Positions 52,301-63,233 of a DNA stretch of 64,000 bases are shown here, piece after piece. How positions within the stretch are numbered: the stretch's first letter is position 1; the number at the start of each line of letters is the position of its first letter. The stretch comes from Oopsacas minuta (taxonomy: Eukaryota > Animalia > Porifera), in NCBI GenBank assembly GCA_024704765.1, contig JAKMXF010000329.1, forward strand, positions 186,001 to 250,000, written 5' to 3'. The notes under the pieces are model-generated. The model worked only from the letters and a program-made list of their open reading frames with translations. It was not told where the DNA came from and searched no databases. Position numbers and translations under genes: made by a program.

Positions 52301-54593
52301 CGGTAGTCTTAATGTGTTAAATACAGATGTAATATGCATACCCGAACTTAATATTTCAGGGAAGACTTTAGCTACCAATTCCACAGTTACAATTGATAGT
52401 CTAGGAAAGCCTTTTCATCTCACATTCTGGCCCGAATTTCACAATGGTGTGGCATCAGGTTTAGCATTGCACCCATTTAGCAAACATATTGACTCTAGTT
52501 GGATTCAATTCAATCGACCTATTCTTGATCGCCCAAACGAATATGCAGGATTTTTGATGGCAATGGGGCTGCAGGGACACCTATCCTCCCTGTCGAAGTT
52601 TACAATGCATGACCTCTTAAGCCGTGGGCACGAATTAACTTTAGTCGGTATATTAATTGGGATATCAGCTGCAAAACGTGCTAGCATGGACCCAGATATC
52701 ACACGTATGCTCTCTATACATGTTCGTTCATTACAACCCGAAAGTTCGATGGAACTAGAAATTTCCCCAAATGTTCAGACGGCTGCTATCCTCTCCGTGG
52801 GTCTAATATATCAAGGTACCTCGAATAGACATATTGTTGATGTCCTAATGAACGAAATTGAAAGATTTAGTAGTTGTGAGATGGAAAATATTTTTGATAG
52901 ACGATGTAGGTGCTTATCTTCAGGATTTGCATTAGGTTTAACGCTCTTGGGGAGTGCTAAGGGAGGAGCTAGATCTGCTTGGCGGGAAATTACTGAAAAA
53001 TTGACTAACAATGTTAAAGGATGCTCTCCAAACATTGATTTTGATAATTCCGTTAAGAGTCAACAAATATCAGATGAGGGTATCGATATCATGTCGCTTG
53101 GGCCAGGTTCACTCATGGCGCTCTCTATGATATATTTAAAATCTAATGATCAATCTATTTCTAACTTCCTAAAACCTGAAAATTCTTACTTCCTTCTTGA
53201 CGAAACTCATCCATATATTCTCCTTCTACGAACGATATCTTATTGCATAGTTCAATGGGACAACATTCAACCAACACAAGAATGGGTTAATTCCATAATT
53301 CCCAAAATACTTACAGATGGCATACTTAGAAGTAAAAATGATTTGATACAAGATGGTATGGAATTAGATGTAGTGCGAGCGATACATAGTCAGATTCTAG
53401 TAGGGTGTCTTTATTCACTGGGTCTAAGATTTGCTGGTTCACAAAATATATTAGCGTATGATTTCATATACTGTTATCTTCTCGAATTTATCCAGGATAA
53501 ATCATGTGCAGTTTTTCTATCTGATACTAGAATAAATTGCGCTCTTCTAGCATGTTCTTTAGTTGTATGTGGTTCTGGTGATTCAAAACTTCTAAAAATT
53601 ATCTACGAACTTCGACAAATTTCTACAGTGGATAATGATTTCCTCGTTGGTTATGGAAATCAAATGGCGTATCATATTGCTTTGGGATTTGCCTGTCTTG
53701 GAAATTTCCAATATAGCATAAGAACTAGTGATGATTCAATAGCTTATTTACTAATATCATTATACCCTGTCTTTCAAAATAGTTCATTAAAAGATATATA
53801 TCACTTACAAGCATTTAGACATATTTATGCTTTAGCGTTGGAAAGGAGATTTCTACATGTTAAAGACATATATACTAATCAATCATGTACTGCTCATGCG
53901 ATCATTAAGTATACATCTTTTGGGATCGACTATTCAAAGAGAATAAGGATACCATATCTAGTGCCAGAAACTCACCGAATATATTCCATTACTATACATT
54001 CTGATGAATATTGGCCAATACAACTAGATGATAATATAGGTTATTTCAGCGATCTATATTCAGAAGGAGGCCTTATTTATTTGTTAAAAAGAAGTTTCTT
54101 TTGGGAAAGTTTTCCAAATGGGTATTCGCGTACAGTGCTTTTTGATTATTACCAGTCCTGTTTTAATTCTATGATTCGAATTCAATATAATCCAATTCTT
54201 TTTAAACTTTGCTTGTATCAGTTTGATTCGATTAAGAAATATATTCCTATTGAGTTAATTGGACATAACAATACAATTATTTTGGATAGGATCATGTGTA
54301 TCATATCGTACTTTGATTTCCTCAGTAATAACTTACAAGGCAATACTTTACGTTCACAACAATTTGTTTTTTTGTACTATTTCTACCAGAAGAGGAAACA
54401 TGTTATAAGGAAAATATATTTACAAGAATTCGTTGGGTCTATGGATCGAAAACTTCATTTGACTCTAAGGAATACAAATAACCGTTTAACAGAATTTACA
54501 GAATCACATCATCATACCTTATATCTTGATAGAGAATACATTTTAGAGTGCATATACGGACACAAATATTGGTATTATCACTTACATCATTAA
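49338..54593 (+). CDS. ANAPC1: Anaphase-promoting complex subunit 1, single 5256-bp ORF (1751 aa)
   Basis: LFTLTHPLNE, FPEDNRVFEVCNLLNSS, RSLALPIGRGM, WPEFHNGVASGL, PC repeats (GFLMAMGLQGHL, GISAAKRASMD, QTAAILSVGLIYQG, GFALGLTLLG, LGLRFAGS), YHLQAFRHIYALA. Confidence 0.97.
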   Translation: MSEEYVELNYVCDFSSELSQPDYFPISTKPTWSVLQRGLGYTDQIVEHELGIVGNRIYWRKGVDASRRPPTIYFSLDTQIQHALICRFPKHIFEENLRHHLSCLCVVESCRITAFSEDEDIFNIALPFPLKAVWSSAFGLILQRDPSEQERNAFYSKDSIDQTMDDSFFLAELPVLFTLTHPLNEPSHILYKYSDYPSSFVNYFCNPLIDVVHVNINPSYVILYDSILQQHSIWLMKPASPKPSQNISHSLNDHLLHSEQPMSSSAPPRVQHFEVTPFNSPLKLYTPSPSSKNFPSNPDYISTPFFSGGSLKSLSSVDVSTSKRKDSLRVATVKRNFSQVMFDFSSNCDVKTKFSKILGPKPLIGTNKQNSRLGPGNASIKRAKSLSPNSIPLPSPLSRSIPPKQFNPKYLPFEDHTEPVYPEICLLNVYTQPNNLNRFRANKVFQYKDVLNREFIVFVDKEIGEVWLLELFFRENGTMMEFGNSLYLDACDAVSIDALHFLLCLNNREHSLHLYSCNTHICKILCNFPQIPISLEDPISYRITIAFLNGSIKRYSIPSLSKNNTTSLMLSAFSQQLPKSVFHNLVLQAYIHNNSRHKSILSDFLNMILQFFGVKENLLFHVTTRNHILSILAKNRQFYLPTLRILILQDTTRSDPQHEIVHNAILQEHLCETFNSIHLILEEIMISPFASNEAILLTKFLSLFVILFDFPLNYLEYYNKLVPSMTLSTYRSTTVSISDSVPDPRSQDMQIPSLFYWLCNQLVYPLTGQPPFPYIPNVTSKTMIIICIYILIFLDSNTRNSVVTLESYLRNASSFHHSMDFHSSLIVDFNSLFRLSNVQEMVITFLMKRKIAKTFFFNICSAYSIPIINLLDSSKLDPPKNLPGLSYMLLDRADFAFHNKGYPLSYSESFYLPKPMNSQFGLVNLLFPEDNRVFEVCNLLNSSKYIPIDIGQCSNLSDEDFLELQSSRLLKLSTRSLALPIGRGMYNYGSLNVLNTDVICIPELNISGKTLATNSTVTIDSLGKPFHLTFWPEFHNGVASGLALHPFSKHIDSSWIQFNRPILDRPNEYAGFLMAMGLQGHLSSLSKFTMHDLLSRGHELTLVGILIGISAAKRASMDPDITRMLSIHVRSLQPESSMELEISPNVQTAAILSVGLIYQGTSNRHIVDVLMNEIERFSSCEMENIFDRRCRCLSSGFALGLTLLGSAKGGARSAWREITEKLTNNVKGCSPNIDFDNSVKSQQISDEGIDIMSLGPGSLMALSMIYLKSNDQSISNFLKPENSYFLLDETHPYILLLRTISYCIVQWDNIQPTQEWVNSIIPKILTDGILRSKNDLIQDGMELDVVRAIHSQILVGCLYSLGLRFAGSQNILAYDFIYCYLLEFIQDKSCAVFLSDTRINCALLACSLVVCGSGDSKLLKIIYELRQISTVDNDFLVGYGNQMAYHIALGFACLGNFQYSIRTSDDSIAYLLISLYPVFQNSSLKDIYHLQAFRHIYALALERRFLHVKDIYTNQSCTAHAIIKYTSFGIDYSKRIRIPYLVPETHRIYSITIHSDEYWPIQLDDNIGYFSDLYSEGGLIYLLKRSFFWESFPNGYSRTVLFDYYQSCFNSMIRIQYNPILFKLCLYQFDSIKKYIPIELIGHNNTIILDRIMCIISYFDFLSNNLQGNTLRSQQFVFLYYFYQKRKHVIRKIYLQEFVGSMDRKLHLTLRNTNNRLTEFTESHHHTLYLDREYILECIYGHKYWYYHLHH

Positions 54594-54668
54594 TATTTTC
54601 GTTTATATGAATTTTTCTATTGATTGTTTTAATTAAGGCTTAGATAATGGACTGACATTCAAACGGGG

Positions 54669-55487
54669 GACACAGAATTTGACCTAAATCCTACGTAGAT
54701 TGCTAAGTAGGGAGTTGACCTATAAATACTAAATAATTTCATATTTATGTCTGTGTCATCTTAGTAGAGTCGTTTAAGTCGAAAGAGTAGCATAATCATG
54801 CATTTTTACATCGAACCTCCTAATACTTTTCTTACTATTCTTATATTAGCAGTTCAAATATTGGCCCGGGTCAAACCTGACCGACCCGAGCGTTTCATAC
54901 TGTCATGCAAGTAACATAGTTAAATCAACATACAGGGGGAAGGGTATTCGCACAGCTAATTCCTGTTTTTTGGACCCCTTAGAGGAACCTAGTTGCTACT
55001 ATTCAAGGAAATATGGTAAGTATGCCTATACCTAAATCAGTTTCTTCTAGATTATAAAGGAATACTAACTCGTCTGGCAAATAATACTGAGTCAGTGAAG
55101 GGCCCAGAGGGGGCTGAAGGGATAAATTTACCTGATATGGAGTCTCTGTGGTTTAAGAAGATCACGTTCTTATACTGAATTATTGGCTCAAATTGCAAAC
55201 CCTAAATTTCTGCTCGTTTCGTAAAAATGCATGATTAAAGTAATAAGCGACTTCACTACCTGTTTATATTGTAAATTTACAAGTTTACCCTGCCTTACTT
55301 CTTAATTATTACAACCACTTTCGACCTCTTTCGAACTTTAGTAGACTTACCAATTTCAAATTCAAACTTGCATTCGATCAAATTCCAACATAGCAACTCA
55401 AGTTTGGCCAAATTACGTAGGTCATATTCCTACTACAAAATTTTTTAGGTCAAATTCCTACTTCGGTGTAGGTCAAATTCCGGCGTC
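54669..55487. mobile_element. MITE with repeated GGAATTTGACCTA subterminal motifs (MULE-like)
   Basis: Left GACACAGAATTTGACCTA vs reverse complement of right GACGCCGGAATTTGACCTA, with 2-3 tandem motif copies each side. No TSD found. Confidence 0.6.
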
Positions 55488-57197
55488 GTATTCAGAATAT
55501 ATTCCGTTCTCCCGAAATCTACAAGATTTATCCAAAAAACTGTAACATTTGCACTCAATTGAGGTTCCGCGAGAAGCATTCACTTCATTTCCTTTTGATA
55601 TGCTGTTCATTATGTTGTAAGTAAGGTCAACTTTTAAGTCAGCGAATAGATAGTTTCTGCTGTGTATGTTATCTAGTTAAATACTTGCAGCCATTGAATC
55701 TAATTTCTTGCTTGTAGATTATATATAGGCAAATTATTCGAACAATTAGAACTTTTCATATGCATTTTGTATATTTCTTACAAATTATTACACTATTATC
55801 ACCCATCTTTATAGGTGTTCTACTGATTTCGTTACATAATTAATTGTTATCTCCTCACATTAAATGACTGGTGCATTGTTAGAGAGAAAATTGTGAGAAG
55901 AGATAATCTAAGAAAATAAAGTTGTGTCTGAGTTGAGAAAATTGCCAAAAAAGATGTGATGGAGAAATCCCCGTGTTCGTGGAGAATATCGACCAATTCA
56001 TTCTGGCGTGAAATATGTTGACTAATTATGTCATATCTATCATAGCCAAGCTTTGTAGATACTTCTTAGAGAACAGCATTCCGAGTAAGTTAGGAAGATG
56101 TACAAGTTTCTTTTCAATTTCGTCAACCAATATCTATCCCTTGTCATCCGCGGGGGTTACGTTCCTAAAGATTTCCGTAACTGCACATTCGCGAACGGAG
56201 AGGTTATTGGTTAATGAGAATAGTGGGTTATGTTCTTCAGGATAACATACAAGCTACTTAACTCAAACAGAATCAATAGTCATGCTTATGAGTAAATTCT
56301 AGGCTTATTACCAAATCGTGATGATGAGCAAGAGTTCAAATATTTCGCAGGGGAAAAAATGCACGATCTTGTTTCTTGAAAATAAATTTTTAGTCTTAAC
56401 ACATATCAAAACTGTAATATATTGAGGTAGTGAGTTACATGATATATATAATGCTAATGGCAGGGTATAGTGTTAGGGGAGCGCAACTCTCCCACTAATT
56501 TTCAAAGAAATCCCGCGTTTAACATTTGATGATCGCTACGTTATTTTTAGTGTACTAAATTCTCTTTATTTTCTTGAGTAGCCCTATTCTTTTGCGATAT
56601 TATGCAGAAGTGTAATTATATAGCAAGAAAGCTTCGCGTTTGATTGTTACCATGGCCTCGCAGACTTTTTTGCGTATAGCACCATTAGGTGCCTTGATTT
56701 TTTATTGATTTCTTATTAGATATATTCATATCAACCAGTTTAACGACTCAGAATTATGATTACATAAGTTAACCGTTAATTCTACTCTATGAAATTAAGT
56801 TGCCCCTTGTGAAAATAGCTTTAACTTTTGCCTGTATTCCGTAGGCAACTATAGGTATCGTTATAATAACATATGTAATAAACTGTATTATTCTGAATAA
56901 CCCTCTCGGCGCTTATTTTTTTATTGAAAACGATACCCCCGGCTCTTATTCAAGCCTAGAAGTTAACGTTATATTTAATTTCATTTACTATCGCCCATTT
57001 TCATTTTGAGCATACACGGGACTGTATATTTTGATCAACGCTTGATGTAGGATTTAGATCAACGCTTATTTATTAGGACTTCTCTCTTTAGACGTGAGTT
57101 TAATGAGGAGAAAGCATTAGTCAGAATTTGTAGGTTGCCATTAGTTAGAATTTTAATGGCTGGCATTAGTTCGAATGTTTTTTTTAGGATATTGGCG

Positions 57198-57440
57198 TTA
57201 GTCAGAACAACCTGATCTTAATCGAAAATTGTTATGTAGGATTTGCTTGAAAATCTCGCGAACGGTAAACTCACTAATTGTAAGGGCTCCCTGTATTTTA
57301 ATTATGAACGAGGTAATCTTCTCCTGGTTTTCTAGGACAGTGGCATTCACACCCGATAAGTATGAGTTGAGTGTATTCATTAAAGAAAATATATTAACTA
57401 AGTAAGTCATCTTTGCTAAATGGTTTTCGACAATTCTGAC
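57198..57440 (-). pseudogene. hAT-Charlie transposase fragment
   Basis: TYLVNIFSLMNTLNSYLSG..TVLENQEKITSFI matches the AYL.DIF..LN.LN..LQG motif. Confidence 0.6.
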
Positions 57441-57646
57441 AGTTGAATTTATCTTAGATTATTAAAAATTTTCAGCTAAAATTCGTATTATTTGTAGTTG
57501 ATTAATAATAATATATTGTTTAAATTAGATTTTAGGCGTTTTAAAATATAATGTTTTCAAAAACAGATAAATTATATACAGTTCAGCTATACCATAGCCG
57601 AGCTATAGTATAGTACAGTTTCGAAACATATCATTGCAATGACAAT

Positions 57647-57760
57647 TAGGGTTTGCAATCCCTGGGATTCTGCGATTATCATTATTCTTTGCTAATCTCG
57701 GGATTTTGGGATCCCGAGATTCTGGGATTGACTTATTTCTATTCCCGAGATTCCGGGATA
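57647..57760 (+). mobile_element. Solo hAT-type terminus
   Basis: TAGGGTTTGCAATCCCTGGGATT followed by repeated CCCGAGATT/CGGGAT subterminal motifs. Confidence 0.5.
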
Positions 57761-57856
57761 AGAAGAAGCTTATACAGTTTAGCTGTCACTTCGAAGATAA
57801 ACTTCTAAACTCGTATTATATAACTTATAGTTGAAAGTAACAACAAAACGTTTGTA

Positions 57857-59177
57857 CTTAGGGCATTCAAAAAGTTCCCATCTTAGTTAATATCGCGACA
57901 CTACAACATCTTACTAATCAAATTTCAACATAAAATGTTTGAAATACTCCCCCTCTACATCATTGCATAGTTGTAGCCTTTCTACCACTTCGAAAATGTT
58001 TTTTTATACTCGTCTCTGTCCACTGAATAGAGATAGTGGTAAATCCCGTTTCCTAGCTCTTGTCGGGCATGAAATAGCCGTCCTCCGAGATAATATTCAG
58101 TTCAGGAAATAGGCAGAAATCACAAGGTGATGGATAGATCTGGGGAATACGTAGGATGTTCCATAGTTTCAAACCCGATACCCTCAATGACTTCCTTAAA
58201 GTATTTGAAACATGAGGTTGGAATTATCGTGGAGAAGTTTGATTCCTCGAAACCTGTACGCGGGCGTCATGTTTTATTGACTTTCTCGACTTCTCTGAGG
58301 CATTGATTTGCATAAAATTCTCCATTGAGTCGTTTCCTTTAGGCACAGGTATTTGAGCCACTGACCCAACGCATCAAAAATATGCTGTCAAGAGCCTTAT
58401 CGTCTCGGAAGTTCGGACGTACCTTTTCGGGGGATAAGAACCTTTTGCAGCCACTATTTGCTTAGTTCAGTACGCAGAGGTTCAGAAAATTTAATCCAGG
58501 TTTCGTCACCAGTGACGATTTCATATAACCTTCGAGAATCACAATCTCTATATTCTTTAAGCAATAATTTCACGCATGAAACCCTCTTCTCCTATTGCCC
58601 CTTTGTGAGGATTTTGTATCCAACGTGCTGAAATCATCGATATTCGAGATACTCGGGTAGAAATATATGAACACTTCTCGATGAGATGTCCAAAATTAAG
58701 GCAATCTAATAAATGCTCAAAAGGGATCAATATCCAATAGTTTCAGAATTTGTGAGGAAGTTTAAGGGGTGGTAGCGGAAATTGGTCTTCAGGTCAGAGG
58801 TTCATCTTCAATGCTACCCCTATCAGCCTTTAATTCACGTGCCCATCTCTCTACAGTGGGATACGCTAGAGTTCCCCTATGATAAACCGTGACGAGGTCC
58901 TCATGTATCTGGAGTGGTTTGTCGCCGAGTATGCTACGAATCTTTATATAAGCTAGTTGTTCGAATTTGCTTGATATGTGTTTTGAAGCCATGAAAAGTT
59001 GACTCTCGAAAAGTAAAATTGAAAGCAGGATAGATAAAGATATATAATAGCTAGAGTGAATTCAACAGCCTTATATAGGTAATCGATAGAACTATTAGGA
59101 TATGCTATGCATTTCATGTAATCGAGTAGAGTTTAGCTGCTATACACAAAGGATGGGAACTTTTTGAATGTCCCAAA
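57857..59177 (-). mobile_element. Mariner C, 1321 bp, transposase pseudogene (ATG 58992)
   Basis: TIRs CTTAGGGCATTCAAAAAGTTCCCATC / TTTGGGACATTCAAAAAGTTCCCATC, TA flanks. Motifs LAYIKIRS, YPTVERWARE, VTGDETW, HPTYSPDL.PCDF, ending GEYFK. Confidence 0.9.
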
Positions 59178-60150
59178 TAATTTTGAGTATATATGTATAT
59201 GAGTACTCTAATACACGACAACTTAGGTTTAAGGGACACGAAATAAATGAATGGAAATCAATGCAGAGGCAACAAAAAATGGAAAGCTACAGAAAATCAT
59301 TAAAAGGTTTGATGCATGATCAAGAAATTAAGTAATTGTCAAAATCAATGAGTAGGTTAAAGGGACATTGATAGGTTAAACGGGTGTTGATACGTTAAAG
59401 GGACTTTCCGTGTCAAGGATACTGATATTTTATATTTTGCTTTCAACGTTCCTGCTTTTTGTTGATATGAAGTTCGTTACAATTAACGGCAGTTGGTTTG
59501 TATTACAGTTGATTATACCCTGTAAATAGTCATTTTATTCTGTTAACAATCAATTCTGAGCTATTAACAGTCATACTGTTTCCAACCCTGTTTATATTAA
59601 TTTATCATACCCACACTATCTCAGCAACTAAAACTGCTGTTAACAATATCAAATCGCTGGTTGATGTTAACAGTCATGCTATTTCCATCCCTGCAATTGA
59701 TCAATTGTTAACATGCCCAATGTACATATGTATGGACCCGACCTCGTTTTTCCGATTCTGGACTGGACCATATTGCCTTGTCCCAGCATTTCGGTTAATC
59801 GAGGTTGCACTTATAGGGAATTTGCAATATTAATCGTAATTAAGTTTAATTTCACATTGTAAAACATTTTGGACACTCAGAAAATACGCTATAATAAATA
59901 TTTTTGTCAAATAGGTTAAGTCTAGCCCGTATAGGATCCGCGGCTAGCCAGAGTTCCCACATGTGTAAGTAGTATATTTCTATTACATTTACTTCTTTTT
60001 CTTTAACTCCTGATACCGTATGAGTGCAGCATCTTAATCTAAAAATATTATTTAGCTTTGCAGAAGATTTAGTCTGTTAACTATTAGTTTGTCAATATAA
60101 GTATAATTTATGGATATTGGGGACACACATTCACACACAAACACACAATA

Positions 60151-62172
60151 TTATTTATTTTTTGCTATTTTCCCAATGGAACTAAATGCATCAAATAAAA
60201 AATTCCCTCCTCCAAGATGGCGATAGTACTTATCAGCCGTACTCGGCTGGTGTTTCATATGATCTGCTACGATCTGTGTATCAGTGGTCTTCTCTATAGC
60301 TAAAAATGTTGCCGTTGCAATTCTTGAACCTGTTGCAGTGATTGATTTTACTTTAGATCCTGCTAGTTTGAGGAGTGAGTTCAGACTTGACTGTACACCA
60401 GCATGGTTATATCCTAGGATGTTGTCTTGAAAGCTTCAATGATTCTTCGACCATTTCGGCTGTTGAAACTTCAATCTTCTCATTCCGCAAACTACGGTGC
60501 ACGGTAAGCGCTTCTGAAGATTATCTCACCAATGAGAACTTCCCTGTATTTGTAATAGTCATTCTTTGTTATAACTTTCTCAGGCGTATAAGCAATAAGC
60601 GTATTAAGTAAATTGACACGAACGTTTGATGTTAGATAGCCTGTGAATTCCAGTATGTTGTGTGGGTTATGTGCTGTGTACGTCTTCTCTTGCGACAATT
60701 TCTCTATGCACAAATCCCATCTAGAAAATTGTTTGCACACAACCTGAAATATTACTCGATTGCAGTAGAAATCTTTGCTGTTTCAATAGAATAAATTATT
60801 CTAAATTGATGGCTATGCTTTTTGTGCAATTAATGTTCCGGGTTACATTATGATGCCTTAAACATGTTTGCACCGTAAAAAAAGTCTTATTCAAGTTGGT
60901 ACTAACAAGACTCTACATTTTTTACGCAATGTTCCTGGCTTATGTACATATTATCAAGGAGTGCGAGTGCGAAATTAAATTTCGAATATCAATAAGTTTA
61001 TAAACATACCCTTCAATTCGTATTTCCATTTCTTTGTATTTTCGTAGCAAACAGACTCCGGATATTTCTGATACAGGTAGAGCAAAATGAAGATATGTAT
61101 CTTAAATAGAAGCTTGTGCTGGAGGCTGAGAGCTTTTTCTTCATTTACTTATCTGTAAAATGCTTGCAAATTCTGTTTGCATCTAGTATATTTGCAATTG
61201 TAATACAATCAAGGACGTTGGCACACTACATTTCGCTTTGTAAGAAACTTCTTTGTCATAGCTTCCTGCACCCATCGTGGTCAACTAATTAGCAAATTCT
61301 TCTAACAGTTCTGATGCAGGTGGTAGAACATCAAACACATTTGCTTTTGAATGTATCGAAACAACTTTCAAACTATCGACTATACAATCTTTGTTGGTGA
61401 GATTTTTGAGCTCGAATGATACGCTATAACTTGGTGTGAAAATTCATCTGGTTCCACGAGTGTGTCATCTGATTGATCTGAATCAATTCTGCTCTCATTA
61501 TTCTCGGCTGTATCTTCTTCCAGTTCTTGTAGTATTGCGGATAGTGTAGGTTCAGGAATGCTCGCTTTAACTATTCTGATGAGATTGTGTTGTCAATGGT
61601 CTGTGTCATCTGATTCTTCATTAGTTTCCACTATTTCACTTTCAATGCTAATTCGATTAGCTTTTGCAAATAGAGTTGTTTCTCTTCCCTCTTTGGTTGC
61701 TCATATTATTTTATGAGCTCTGAGCAAATTTTGATAATACCTGCAAGTAATGAATGTTAAAATATTTAATTAACTAATCCAATAGTATTTCAATATTTTA
61801 TTTAGCAATAGGGGTACTATTTCCCATTTCACACTTTATTTGCAACATTGTGGCATTCTTACTACTCATCTGTGAGTGGTATTACTTATTATTGTATAAT
61901 GTAGATTATGTTATAATAATTAAACTACTATTTTGATAAACTACTTACCATTTTCCAGAGTATAAATGCCACATGCTCTACCATCCACTAGAACAGGACA
62001 GATAAGTAGGTCTGCTCGGTACTGCCGTTATCTTTTCTCTTCTTATTACGAAGAATCATCATTTCCCGCACCTCTATTTCTGTATCCGGGGTACTAGAGT
62101 TAAGTGGCGTTTTAACTTTGAAACGAGTTTTCCACAAATGACACACATCTTTTTGTCACTTCTTGTAGTCAT
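60151..62172 (-). pseudogene. Spliced zinc-finger + tyrosine-recombinase (Crypton-like) gene, degraded
   Basis: Exon 1 (62172-61949): MTTRSDKKMCVICGKLVSKLKRHL (C2H2-like) with GTAAGT donor; acceptor TTACTTGCAG at ~61741; acidic linker; REVLIGEIIFRSAYRA. C-terminus SITATGSRIATAT..VADHMKHQPSTADKYYRHL fits the YR catalytic R, H and Y pattern. Confidence 0.7.
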
Positions 62173-62720
62173 TGGGATTGATATATAGTCTAATAAAACG
62201 GCCCTTTAAATACTCGATTGAATACATGTAGTACCTAGCAACTTATACATGATTTTCCTTTAATTAACAACAACATAATTGAATGGGATAATTTATCATA
62301 CTCTGTTGTACTTGGAAGAATTCCAATCCCTTTCAATTATGTTGTTGTTAATTCAAAATACAATCATATATAAGTTACTAGGTACTACATGTATTCGATC
62401 GAGTATTTAAAGGGCCATTTTGTTGGACTATATATCAATCTCAATGACTACAAGAAGTGACAAAAAGATGTGTGTCATTTGTGGAAAACTCGTTTCAAAG
62501 TTAAATTGCCACTTAACTCTAGTACACCCGGAGACAGAAATAGAGGTGCGCGAAATGATGATTCTTCGTAATAAGAAGAGAAGATAACAGCAATACCGAG
62601 GAGACTTACTTATCTGTCCTGTTCTAGTGGATGGTAGAGCATGTGACATTTATACTCTGGAAAATGGTAAGTAGTTATCAAAATAGTCAGTTTAATCATT
62701 ATAAAATAATCTACATCATA
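61895..62720. repeat. 826-bp palindrome: 395-bp arms with 36-nt loop
   Basis: 61895-62289 is the reverse complement of 62326-62720 with scattered substitutions and small indels (roughly 90% identical by eye). Confidence 0.97.
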
Positions 62721-63233
62721 GACTATTCTATAATACGGATATGAAACCAGCCGAGGAATTAATTCAAAAGAGAGGCCAGTTTTACTTTTCGTCAGAGGGA
62801 AAACTTACGTTTTTGAAAGCTACATATTTTCACTTAATATGGGGTAATCGGATATGGTGAATCCATTTGGAAGATTTTTGAAGTACTCAGTATGTGGTTT
62901 AGGCGTTATTTAATGATGACGTCTGCAACATCAACATAATAACATATACTATATATATATATATATTTGCAATCATTTTGGATACCACTCGTATTGCTGA
63001 ATTATTCGGGATTTGCAGTTCAGTGATTCTAAAAACTTTATATCTCATTTCGAGTAATCTGTTAGAAGACTGGTAACTATTCAAAAATTTAAGCAAAATT
63101 TTGAAACCAAACCACATGTGCAGAAAATATGTTATTTACGAAGATCAATCACTCAATTTTATTTAATATATTCAATTTTCTTTGATTTTTTTGATTTTTT
63201 TACCTCTTCAACCCCTTCTAATATATGACCACG

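Noticed and set aside
49389-53035. Short antisense and alternate-frame ORFs overlapping APC1 (similarly for SPT6, DCTN4 and the transposases)
   Set aside because: These are shadow ORFs of real coding frames with no independent support.
61895-62720. Palindrome as a sequencing or assembly foldback artefact
   Set aside because: The arms differ by many substitutions and indels, whereas an artefact would give near-identical arms. Long-read confirmation is still advisable.
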